NCBI GenBank assembly: GCA_965140785.1
Contig: OZ223481.1
Location: 160,001 to 224,000, forward strand
Source of the DNA: an uncultured Ruficoccus sp.
GTDB taxonomy: Bacteria; Verrucomicrobiota; Verrucomicrobiia; Opitutales; Cerasicoccaceae
Length of the DNA stretch: 64,000 nt
Reading direction: 5' to 3'
This document shows positions 9,549-18,706 of the stretch, in pieces. Both the position numbers and the translations under genes were made by a program. The notes beneath the pieces were generated by a model. That model saw nothing but the letters and a program-made list of their open reading frames with translations, ran no database searches and was not told the DNA's origin. How positions within the stretch are numbered: position 1 is the stretch's first letter; each line of letters begins with the position of its first letter.

Positions 9549-10511
9549 ATCGCTTCACAGGCCTCCGTGGTTAACGAGCCGCAGGCAAGCGTCGGCCCGT
9601 AACTGTGCCGACCTAGTTGATCTTCGTACGGAAAGGCTTCCAGCGTCCCGAAGCCCACCGCCTCCGAGCAGTGTTCGTCCAGCGCGGCCAGCCGCAAGGC
9701 GGCCTCAATTCCGATCGCGGTCTCGAAAACCGAGGAATAGATGACCCGCACCCCCGGGTGGACGGCCCGCCAGGACCGGTAGGCATCAATCGAGCCGCTC
9801 AGCGCGGGCTTGATCACGAAGGGCCCCCTTGGGGAAAAGCTCGCTCCAGCGCGCCAATTCGCCCGGCCCGCACAGAGACTCGTCCAACGCCACCGGCACC
9901 GCGTAACGGTTGGCGAGCGCGGCCATGTGCTTTTCCTCGCCCGGGGGCAGCGGCTGCTCCAAAAACTCGACCGGGTAGTCCTCCAGAAACGCCAGCCACG
10001 CCTCGGCATCCTCCCGGCTGAGTCCGGCGTTGGCATCGAGCCGCAGGATGCCCTTGCCGTGCAGGAGCTTGAACAACTCGGCGCACAGGTGTCGCTCAGT
10101 CTCGATCGACTCGACGCCGATCTTCCACTTAAAGGTCGTAAAACCCTGGCCTAGAAGCGTTTGAAGCGCAGCGTAGGCGGTAATCCCAGCAGGCAGTAGC
10201 CCGGCCACGTGCAGGGAACGCGTCGGAGCGGCCTCCAGCAGGCCCAGCGCGCAATCCAGGGCGAAACGGGTGCAGACCAGCTCCGGCGGCACCGCCAGCG
10301 CGGGGTCTTCGGCCCGGGCATCCAGAAACTCCACCGCCTGTATCAGGCTTTCGGTCCCGAAGGCATCCAGCGGGGCGATTTCGCCGTAACCCACGCGCCC
10401 GTCCTGCTCCAGCCGCACGATGACGCCCTCGCGCTCCGCCCAATCCCCGTGTGCGGTCAGCAGAGGGGTCCGGAAGGGACGGCAGTAGGGCTTCCAGGCG
10501 AGGCGTTCCAT
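9533..10511 (-). CDS. menC: o-succinylbenzoate synthase, frameshifted near 9824-9828
   Basis: GYGEIAPL, FKWKIG, LRLDAN, FLEQP, ALDES in one frame; FVIKPAL, YSSVFETAIG, AVGFG in another; one extra G in a G5 run of the coding strand. Confidence 0.85.
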
Positions 10512-10656
10512 GGGAGGGGGGCAAAGGACATCCGGGAAAATCCGGCGACCTGTTAAGCGCAGCTTGGCAGCTTCCGGGCAAAGTGTCCATCCCTGTGTTT
10601 TTTCATTGTCGCAAGGCTTTCCGCGCCCATAATTCCCAACGGCAACAACCGTTGCC

Positions 10657-12219
10657 ATGAGCGAAGACACAGATACCTTCTTTTATAAACCCGCGGACCT
10701 TTTTTTCCGGGACAATGCCCAGGTCGCCCTGACCTATGACGACATCACGCTGGCCACTCGGTACTCCGAAGTGCTGCCGCGCATGACCAATCCCGAGACC
10801 GCCCTCTCCGAGGCGCTCCAGTTGTCCATGCCGATCGTTTCGGCGGACATGGACACCGTGACCGAGGCCCGCATGGCCATCGCCATGGCCAACAACGGCG
10901 GCATCGGCCTGATCCACTACAACATGTCCGAGCGCGAGCAGGTCAAGCAGGTCGCCCGTGTCAAAAACAACATTCACGGCCTCATTCAGGACCCGATCAG
11001 CGTCAAGCCGGACATGCATATCGCCGAAGTGCTCGACATGATGGACGAGCGGGGCTTCAAGTTCAGCACCTTCCCCGTCATCGACGACTCCGGCAAGCTC
11101 CTCGGCCTGTTGCCGGGCCGCGCCGTCAAGCAGCGCTACCGCGACCGCACCGTTCACGAGGCCATGCAGCCGCGCAAGGAGGTCTTTACCCTCACTCAGT
11201 CCCAGATCGAGGGCGACCCCATCACCGCCGCCGACAAGTTCTTCAACGAGCACCTGGGCATCCACAAGCTCCTCGTGGTCGATGACGACGACCGCCTGGC
11301 CGGACTCTTTACCCTCAGTGACATCGAACGCATCACCGAGGAGAGCCGCGACAACGTTAAACCCGCCCGCGACGCGCAGTTCCGGCTGGTCTGCGGGGCC
11401 GCTGTCTCCGCTCCCCGCACCGCCGAGGGTGCGCTCGACCGGGACAAGCTTCTCACCCACGTCGCCGCCCTGGTGGACGAAGGCGTGGACGCCATCGCCG
11501 TCTCCACCGCCCACGGCCACACCGCTGGTGTGGGCGACGCTGTCCGCCTCCTGCGCAGCGAGTACCCGGACCTGACTCTGATCGCGGGCAATGTCACCAG
11601 TGGCGAGGGCGTCCGCTTCCTGGCCGATGCCGGGGCCAACGCCATCAAGGTCGGCCAGGGCCCGGGCTCGATCTGCACCACCCGCATTGTCGCCGGGGTC
11701 GGCATCCCGCAGTTGACCGCGCTTTATGTGGCCACCCGCGAGGCCGCCAAGGCCGGCGTAAAGATCATCGCCGACGGCGGCATCACTAAAAGCGGCGACA
11801 TCGTCAAGGCCCTCACGCTGGCCGACGCCGTCATGTGCGGCGGCATCCTGGCCGGTTGCCCCGAGGCGCCGGGCAAGATCATGGAGATCAACGGCAAGCT
11901 TTATAAGCAGTACCGCGGCATGGGAAGTCTGGAGGCAATGAAGGCCGGTAGCGCAGCCCGCTACGGTCACTCCAATGCCTCCCGCAACGCCAAAGTCGCC
12001 GCTGAAGGCGTCGAGGCGGTCAAGGAGGTCTCCGACTCGGTCGATCAGGTCCTGGCCCAGCTCATCGGCGGTATCCAGAGCGGCATGGGCTACCTCGGCG
12101 CCCGCAACCTGCCCGAGCTGCGCGAACGTGCCCGCTACATCCGCGTCAGCCCCGCCGGCCAGCGCGAATCCGCCCCGCACGACATCATCGAGGTCAAAAC
12201 CACCAAGGACCCCGCCTAA
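10657..12219 (+). CDS. guaB: IMP dehydrogenase with CBS pair
   Basis: [38 protein letters not shown]. Confidence 0.96.
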   Translation: MSEDTDTFFYKPADLFFRDNAQVALTYDDITLATRYSEVLPRMTNPETALSEALQLSMPIVSADMDTVTEARMAIAMANNGGIGLIHYNMSEREQVKQVARVKNNIHGLIQDPISVKPDMHIAEVLDMMDERGFKFSTFPVIDDSGKLLGLLPGRAVKQRYRDRTVHEAMQPRKEVFTLTQSQIEGDPITAADKFFNEHLGIHKLLVVDDDDRLAGLFTLSDIERITEESRDNVKPARDAQFRLVCGAAVSAPRTAEGALDRDKLLTHVAALVDEGVDAIAVSTAHGHTAGVGDAVRLLRSEYPDLTLIAGNVTSGEGVRFLADAGANAIKVGQGPGSICTTRIVAGVGIPQLTALYVATREAAKAGVKIIADGGITKSGDIVKALTLADAVMCGGILAGCPEAPGKIMEINGKLYKQYRGMGSLEAMKAGSAARYGHSNASRNAKVAAEGVEAVKEVSDSVDQVLAQLIGGIQSGMGYLGARNLPELRERARYIRVSPAGQRESAPHDIIEVKTTKDPA

Positions 12220-12419
12220 GCAGGGCATAGCCCTGCACCCTCGATCCTCTGGATCGCAATGGGGCTCCGCCCCATCGGAGCCAGAAAGGCTCCTGCCCCA
12301 GGGAAGAGACATTCTCAAATAAATGGGTCGACCCAGTTTTGATGCTCCGCATCAAAAGTGCAGGCTAAAAAGCTGGTCCAGCCGGACCCTACTGCGGGTC
12401 TGGGCTGCGTAAGCCCAGA
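12220..12419. repeat. Mosaic intergenic repeat: M1(-), M2(-), M3(+)
   Basis: M1 at 12220-12256, M2 at 12261-12299, M3 at 12332-12419; each module recurs elsewhere in the window. Confidence 0.75.
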
Positions 12420-12455
12420 AAACAGAACCGGGGGCGGGACAGAACCCGCCCCCGG
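12418..12455 (-). terminator. Intrinsic terminator of the chitinase gene
   Basis: Minus strand CCGGGGGCGGG-TTCTGT-CCCGCCCCCGG followed by TTCTGTTTT. Confidence 0.65.
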
Positions 12456-12551
12456 CAGTGCGTTGGGGAGAAACAGGGCACATGGGATGTGCCTGATCTG
12501 GTCACTAAGGACCTAGTTTATTATAGGCATTTTTCCTAATTTCTTAAGGGA

Positions 12552-15500
12552 CTAGTCGGTGGTAACGCTCTCGGCGTAGCGCTCGCCCACCAGCTTGAGG
12601 ATGGATTGGTCGCTGGAGCTGTCGCGCACGTCGTTGGAGAGTTCCCAGAACATGACACCGCCCAAGCCCTGTTCGCTCACAAAATCGAGCTTGCGCTCGA
12701 CCGCGGCGGGGCTGTCGTAGCTGATGAACGTCCCGGTGGCGGCGTTGTACAGGTAGGAAACCTGTGACTCGTCGTCCCAGTATTCGACATTGTTGGCCGG
12801 GTCGGCGGCCATGCGTTCGACGATCGTGCGGTAGTCGATGATGCCGGTCTCGATCGTGCCCGCGCCCAGGCCGGTCGCGCTCTGGTACAGGCCGTTGTTC
12901 GTGGCCGGAACACCCGTCCAGGTGTAGCCGTAGAGCGGGATGCCGAGGGTGATCTTCGAGGCCGGGACACCGGCATCGAGGTAGCCCTGCACCGCCGAAA
13001 CGACGTTGTAGCGGGGCATCGGATCGGCCGAATTGGCAGTAAGCGGGGCGTTGTGCCCGGTCCGCGTCCTGTCCCAGCGACCGTGTAAGTCGTAGGTCAT
13101 GAGGTTGAACCAGTCGAGCTGCTCAGCCAGAGCCGCGAGGTCGATCTTTTCATATTTGTCATAACCGGCGGGCACGGCGGCGCTGATTTCATAGGTCTTG
13201 CCGTCAATGGCCCCCTGGGCGTCCAACGCCTCTCGCAAGGCCTTGGCCAGGAGGGCGTAGTTGGTGGCGTCTTCGGGGCGGACGTTGCTGTTCACGTCGG
13301 TGGCCACGACCGGGTACTCCCAGTCCAGATCGATGCCGTCGAAGTCATACTTAACGACGAAGTCCACCACGGACTGCGCGAACTTCGTCCGCGCGGCGGC
13401 GGAAGCGGCCACGGTGGAGAAGCGGCCCGAGTCAAACCAGCCGCCCACGGCGATCATGGTCCGCAAGTGCGGGTACTGCGCCTTCAGTTCCTGATACTGG
13501 TTGAAGTTGCCGCGCAGGGGCTGCTCCCAGGTGTCATCCCCGAAGCGCTTGCTCAGGTCCGCCTCCGTGTCGATGACTTCGATCTCGCCAGCCGCGTTGA
13601 TGCGGGCGAAGGCGTGGACGATGTGCGTCAGGCTCTCCGCCGGAATGTCGGCCACCTCGTAGCCACGGGCATAGACCCCCCAGCTCGGGAAGTAAGCCAC
13701 GACGCGCCCGGTGTTGCTGCCGGAATCACCGCCGCCGGTACCGGAACCATTGTCCGTGCCCGACCCGTTGTCACCGGAACCGGTATCGGTCCCGCCGTTG
13801 GACGAGCCGTCGTCCCCGCTGCCGTTATCAGAACCGGAGCCGTTATTGCCGCCGTCATCGCCGCCGTCATCGCCGCCGTTGTCGCCGGCACCCGTAGAGC
13901 CATCGGAAACGCTGACACCGTTGAGGGTCACGTTCGTCGGCTGGCTGGAGACGCCGCCGGGGGAGCCGTTGAAGCCGAAGCTCACGCTCGCGCCCGCCGG
14001 CAGGGAGGCATTCCAGGCGAGGTTGGAAACCGTGTAGGTGTCGCCCTCGTGAGAAACAAGCTTGGCGTCCCAGAGGCTGGCGATCGCGTAAGGCCAGTCG
14101 AAGGTCACCGTCCAGCCCTCCAGGGCCGTGCCGGTGGTGTTGGTCAGAGTCGCGCCGGCGGTAAATCCGCTGCCCCAGTCACTGGAGACATCGACCACGA
14201 GTGCGGCGGTTGTATCGGGATTTTCATTACCGGTATCGCCGCTGCCGTTGTCCGAACCATTGTCGCCGGAGCCATCATCGGAACCGCCACTGTTGGACCC
14301 GTCGTCGGAACCGTTTCCGGAGTCATCACCCGAGCCTGTATCGGGATTTCCACTACCGTTGTCGCCGGCATCCGAGCCGTCGGAGAGGTTGACGCCGTTA
14401 ACCACGATGTTGGTCAACTCAGCGGAGGAGTCGCCGCTAGCCTGGAAGCCGAAGGTCACGGTCTGTCCGGGGGTGATGGATCCGTTCCAGCTTTCGTTAC
14501 TGAAGGTGTAGGTATTCCCGCTGCGTGAGCCGTCGGTCGCGCTCCAGAAGCCGGTAATGTTGACCGGAAGGTCGAAGCTGACCGTCCAGTTACCAACCGA
14601 GGCGGTGCCGTTGTTGGTCAGGCTGACCGTGGCGATGAAGCCGTCGCCCCAGTCGCTGCCGACCGCATAGGCCACTGCGAGGTCGGCGCTGCCGGAGCCG
14701 GTCCCGCCGGTGTTGCCACCGTCATTGGAGCCATTGCCGGAATCGTCGCCCGAGCCTGTATCGGGATTTCCACTACCGTTGTCGCCGGTATCGGAGCCGT
14801 CGGGCAGATCGATGCCGTCGACCTGGCCGTCGAGCACGACGGGGTTATCATAATAGTCCTGCACCTTGCTGATGAACCAGTAGTCGTCGGTCGGGGGTGA
14901 GCCCACGCCGTCGGTACTGGCACCCACGCCCGCTCCGAAGAGCGCGACCACGACGCCGGCCTCTTTGGCCAGGTCCAGGTGCGAGCCCCACGTCACAGTG
15001 TTACCGCTGACGGAAACCGCGGAGGTGCCGCCATCGGTCGTGCCGAAGTAACCCAGGCGCGTATCGGATCCGGGGACGAAGCTGTCGCCCAGGAAATACG
15101 GGCCGGTCGAGTCCTCGTAGTGCTGGCTGGTGTTGGCCAGCGGCTCGAATTCGCCGTCGGCGCTGTAGGGATTATCCGCCAGGGTCGTATTGATGTGCCC
15201 GACGGGGAGCTGCCACAGGACGACCGGCAGGCCGGTGCTGTCGTGCATGGCGTTGACGAAGATCAGGTAGTTGGTCCAGTGGGCGGCATTCCAGAACCAC
15301 GTGCTGGCAGCCGGGTTGGCAGCGTTGCCGTCATAGGCCGCGTCGAGGCCGTACTTGTCGATGCTGACGAAGCTCGCCCCGTGGGTGAGCACCCCGGCGT
15401 CCACGTAGTAGTCGGAGATGGCCGAAGCCTCATTGTAAACGGCGACGCGACCGTCAGCCAGGCCGAGCGAATCGGTCAGGCGCACCACGCCCTTGGCGCC

Positions 15501-16847
15501 GACGGGGGTCGTCCAGCCGCCCGCGGGGGAGGCCCAGAGGTTGAACTGCCAGCCGTAGTAGGCGTTGGGCTGGTACTTTTGGAAGGTGTAGTTGATCGCC
15601 TCGACCAGGCCGCGCAGGGTATCGGGGAAGACCGGGTCGCTCGCGTCGAGCACACCCGAGGTGTAGGCGGCGCTGGTGACGGCGTAGATCTCGTCCGGGC
15701 TGGCGGCGTTGTTCTGCGCGAAATAGCCGAGGAAGTCCGGCTCCAGCACCCAGCCGATGACTTCATCGCCGGCGACCGCCTTGGTGATTTCCAGGGCGTG
15801 CTTGAGGTCGGTGAAGTAGCCCTCCAGGTAGGAAGCGGACTCGATGTGCTGCTTGTCGGTATAATAGCTCTCGCCGCCGTCGGGGATGTTGTACCAGACG
15901 AAGAACGGGATCATGCCGAGCTTGACGCTCTCCTCGACATAACGAGTGGCGCGCTCGCCGTCGTTGAGCGAACGCCAGTTCCAGCCTGCGCCGATGCTGT
16001 TGGAGGCCCCGCCGTTGAGGTAGATGTAGCGGATGTCCACGCGCTTGTTCTGGCCGGGGTTTTCAAAATCCTGCCAGAAGTCCAGGTCGGCGGCGGAGTC
16101 CTCGCTGACCGAACCGATGGCCAGGTAATCGGGCAGGCCCGGCACGGAGCCGTCCGCGTTGAGCACGCGCACACCGAGGTAACGAACATCGCCTGTATCC
16201 GTATTCTCGATACGCAGCGAAGCGCGCCCGGCGGTCAGGCCCTTTAACGTGACGTTCTGGCCGGAAACGCCCGGCTCGAGCACGTCCGGGTTGTTGGTGG
16301 CGACGGCGTAGTTGCCCGCCGTTTCGAGGGCAAGACTGTTAGCACCCTGGGAGATCGTTACCTGCAAGGCGGTTCCATCCGCATCCACGGAGGGGAAAAC
16401 GATGGAGCCGTCATTGCCGGGCCCATTACTTCCTCCGCCGGGGGAGCCGTTGTCGTTGCCGCCGGTCCCGGCTTCGCCGGAGAGCGTGGCGGCCAGGCTC
16501 GCGGGGGCAGTGCCGGAGCCGCCGAAGCCGAACTCAACTGTCCCGTTAGCGGAGACGGCACCGTTCCAGGAGACATTACCGATTACGTAAGTGTTGCCCT
16601 CCCGGCTGAGGATTTGGGCGTTCCAGATACTGTTGATCGCGAAGGGCGAATCGAAGGTCAGGGACCAGCCCGCCAAGGGTGTCCCGGTCGTGTTGGTGAA
16701 GGAGGCGTTAGCGGTAAAGCCGTTGCCCCAGTCGTCGGAAACCTTGACGTTGAGCTGGGTCTCCGCGCCGGATACTTGCGTCCATGCCATCAGGGCATTG
16801 AGGGCGGTCGCCGCAACAAGAGGTCGAATTCTGAGCAGTTTTAACAT
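12552..16847 (-). CDS. Secreted multimodular chitinase: signal peptide-CBM2-Ig-like-unassigned catalytic-like domain-CBM2-CBM2-GH18
   Basis: Three DWG.GF...W...WNG/A CBM2 modules, G/S/D/N-rich linkers, C-terminal GH18 with AVGGW, FDGIDLDWE, MTYDLHG, MFWEL. Confidence 0.92.
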   Translation of the reverse strand: MLKLLRIRPLVAATALNALMAWTQVSGAETQLNVKVSDDWGNGFTANASFTNTTGTPLAGWSLTFDSPFAINSIWNAQILSREGNTYVIGNVSWNGAVSANGTVEFGFGGSGTAPASLAATLSGEAGTGGNDNGSPGGGSNGPGNDGSIVFPSVDADGTALQVTISQGANSLALETAGNYAVATNNPDVLEPGVSGQNVTLKGLTAGRASLRIENTDTGDVRYLGVRVLNADGSVPGLPDYLAIGSVSEDSAADLDFWQDFENPGQNKRVDIRYIYLNGGASNSIGAGWNWRSLNDGERATRYVEESVKLGMIPFFVWYNIPDGGESYYTDKQHIESASYLEGYFTDLKHALEITKAVAGDEVIGWVLEPDFLGYFAQNNAASPDEIYAVTSAAYTSGVLDASDPVFPDTLRGLVEAINYTFQKYQPNAYYGWQFNLWASPAGGWTTPVGAKGVVRLTDSLGLADGRVAVYNEASAISDYYVDAGVLTHGASFVSIDKYGLDAAYDGNAANPAASTWFWNAAHWTNYLIFVNAMHDSTGLPVVLWQLPVGHINTTLADNPYSADGEFEPLANTSQHYEDSTGPYFLGDSFVPGSDTRLGYFGTTDGGTSAVSVSGNTVTWGSHLDLAKEAGVVVALFGAGVGASTDGVGSPPTDDYWFISKVQDYYDNPVVLDGQVDGIDLPDGSDTGDNGSGNPDTGSGDDSGNGSNDGGNTGGTGSGSADLAVAYAVGSDWGDGFIATVSLTNNGTASVGNWTVSFDLPVNITGFWSATDGSRSGNTYTFSNESWNGSITPGQTVTFGFQASGDSSAELTNIVVNGVNLSDGSDAGDNGSGNPDTGSGDDSGNGSDDGSNSGGSDDGSGDNGSDNGSGDTGNENPDTTAALVVDVSSDWGSGFTAGATLTNTTGTALEGWTVTFDWPYAIASLWDAKLVSHEGDTYTVSNLAWNASLPAGASVSFGFNGSPGGVSSQPTNVTLNGVSVSDGSTGAGDNGGDDGGDDGGNNGSGSDNGSGDDGSSNGGTDTGSGDNGSGTDNGSGTGGGDSGSNTGRVVAYFPSWGVYARGYEVADIPAESLTHIVHAFARINAAGEIEVIDTEADLSKRFGDDTWEQPLRGNFNQYQELKAQYPHLRTMIAVGGWFDSGRFSTVAASAAARTKFAQSVVDFVVKYDFDGIDLDWEYPVVATDVNSNVRPEDATNYALLAKALREALDAQGAIDGKTYEISAAVPAGYDKYEKIDLAALAEQLDWFNLMTYDLHGRWDRTRTGHNAPLTANSADPMPRYNVVSAVQGYLDAGVPASKITLGIPLYGYTWTGVPATNNGLYQSATGLGAGTIETGIIDYRTIVERMAADPANNVEYWDDESQVSYLYNAATGTFISYDSPAAVERKLDFVSEQGLGGVMFWELSNDVRDSSSDQSILKLVGERYAESVTTD

Positions 16848-16890
16848 AGAAGAATCTGTTTGGGGGTTTGCACATAGGCCGGCATAGATT

Positions 16891-16954
16891 AAAAAAAACG
16901 CCGACTGGCGGCGCCTCCGGGCGGCGGCTGTCCTGCGCCGGGCCCGAAAGCGCC
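16891..16954 (-). promoter_or_regulatory. Leader terminator with overlapping antiterminator (attenuator) upstream of the chitinase
   Basis: CGCCG-CCAGT-CGGCG-T8 ends 44 nt before the ATG; a 13-bp alternative stem (16910-16954) sequesters its 5' arm. Confidence 0.6.
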
Positions 16955-17445
16955 TTTTATTGGGGTAGAAAATGCCGGAGCGGACGGGCAGTGCCCGGCT
17001 TCCGTTCCCGCACGGGAAAGCGGCGCGTATGCGCCGCCGCGATGAAAACGTCGGGACTGGGGCAATAACTAGTCGATAAGCAGCACTCCTTTCTCTTTCG
17101 AGGGGCGTAATACCCCGGATTGTTCCAGTAGGAGTACCCCACGCAGTAAATATTCCTTCCCAGAATATTGATTAATTTCCTCTCCTTCCCGCCCGGTTTA
17201 GCCCAGCTCATGCAGCAAACTGAAATACAGGCGTCAGCGCCCTGGATGCTGAACGTTAATCCGTTGCATCCCACGGTGAACGCCCCCGACCATTAACGCA
17301 GCCCTATTTCTGTATCAGTGACCCAAATAACACTCTCCTGCATCGTGGCCGGGAGAGGGCATAAGTATGGACTTCTCACGCGCAGCCCACATCATCACAT
17401 TTCTTCTTTCTCAGAAGCATTCCGAAACGCCTTTTGCTTTAGCCG

Positions 17446-18537
17446 ATGAGCAACAATTTTCACTTTCTAAAACTGGATGCCATCCGGGGATTTGCCGCAA
17501 TAATCGTATTATTATATCACTGTGTCGGGCAGCTTCAGATCGCCGGTATAAATATCGGTGCGGTCTTTCGATTCGGACAAGAAGGCGTCATTATCTTCTT
17601 CATTCTCTCTGGGTTTCTCATCGAATATACCACGAATCGAAGCGGGACCATCAAAGGAGGCGAGTATTTCACGAAACGCTTTTTGCGTATCTACCCGGTA
17701 CTGGTAATGGCCCTGGCCGCCATCTATGTCATCGAATGCATGACCGCCGGCCAGCTAGTTGCAATCCCTTGGCGGGATTTGGTCGGCACGGTGTTCATGC
17801 TGGACGATAACGCGTACAAACCGAACGCCTTTTGTGCTCCGGTCTGGGGGGACGGAGCGCTGTGGTCGTTAACGTATGAGGTCTGGTTCTATATTCTTTA
17901 TTTTCCCCTCATGCGTCTCATCCCCCAGCCCAAGCAAACGCATGTCGTCGGTTGCCTCGGGATCGCCGCCGCTCTCGCCAACTGCCTATGGCCGTCGCTA
18001 CCACTACGCATCCTCATTTATCTTCCGATTTGGTGGCTCGGGGTGGATATGGCGAGAAGCTATAGGGCCCGAACACTTTCCCTTTGGAGCATCAGGGCGA
18101 TTTTGACCTATCTCTCTGTGATCACTCTCATTTTCGTTCCGGCGGTTTTCCATCTCTATGTAAGCGGACATTTCTCCTTCACGAACCATCATGTGTACGT
18201 ATTCAGGCACCTGGCAGCCGGTCTGTGGCTGACCGGGGGTATTTTCGCCTGGCGCTATTTCAATTATATCGGTTTTTCGTTCACGGTTGGCCTTTTCAGC
18301 ATCGTCGCCCCTTTTTCATACGCCTTGTACATTCTCCACATGAAAACACTTATGGGCGCAGAATACTTAAGCTTCTTGCCTAATCCATACGTCGAGCTGA
18401 CGGCATACATTATGGTGACTTTTGGCCTGGCCTGGCTGATTGAATGCAAGGCCTATCCGGTGATTCGCCGGTATCTGTATCCAGTGATTTATCGCGCTTT
18501 CACCAAGAAAGAATGGAAGAGAGAACCCGCGGCCTGA
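17446..18537 (+). CDS. Acyltransferase family 3 (OafA-like) membrane O-acyltransferase
   Basis: LDAIRG.A...V...H, FFILSGFLI, KRFLRIYP, WSLTYEVWFY, SYALYILH; AT-richer than neighbours. Confidence 0.9.
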   Translation: MSNNFHFLKLDAIRGFAAIIVLLYHCVGQLQIAGINIGAVFRFGQEGVIIFFILSGFLIEYTTNRSGTIKGGEYFTKRFLRIYPVLVMALAAIYVIECMTAGQLVAIPWRDLVGTVFMLDDNAYKPNAFCAPVWGDGALWSLTYEVWFYILYFPLMRLIPQPKQTHVVGCLGIAAALANCLWPSLPLRILIYLPIWWLGVDMARSYRARTLSLWSIRAILTYLSVITLIFVPAVFHLYVSGHFSFTNHHVYVFRHLAAGLWLTGGIFAWRYFNYIGFSFTVGLFSIVAPFSYALYILHMKTLMGAEYLSFLPNPYVELTAYIMVTFGLAWLIECKAYPVIRRYLYPVIYRAFTKKEWKREPAA

Positions 18538-18706
18538 AGCCTGAACTCGAGTCAACCAAGAGGACTTACCCTCTGTTTCGCCCCTTTCGGTCCGGGGCAG
18601 AAATATGGAGAGACGACGGCTTGGGGTTGCATTTGTTTCGCGTACTCGACAAGCTGTCCGGTTTGTTCATGTTCGATCACCTCATTTCCAACACATTGAT
18701 TTTTTC

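Noticed and set aside
10603..12318. Long antisense ORFs (e.g. 571 aa opposite guaB, 568 and 643 aa opposite atpA/atpD, 541 aa opposite gndA)
   Set aside because: Shadow ORFs expected from high-GC codon bias; no recognisable motifs
16957..17274. 105-aa and 66-aa ORFs in the chitinase leader
   Set aside because: Non-ATG starts and no protein-like features; the region is better explained as non-coding
17222..17310. Imperfect long stem (GCTGAACGTTAAT/ATTAACGCAGC, GAAATA/TATTTC) as 6S RNA, SRP RNA or tmRNA
   Set aside because: Diagnostic conserved motifs of these RNAs were not found; only an Rfam scan could rescue the call
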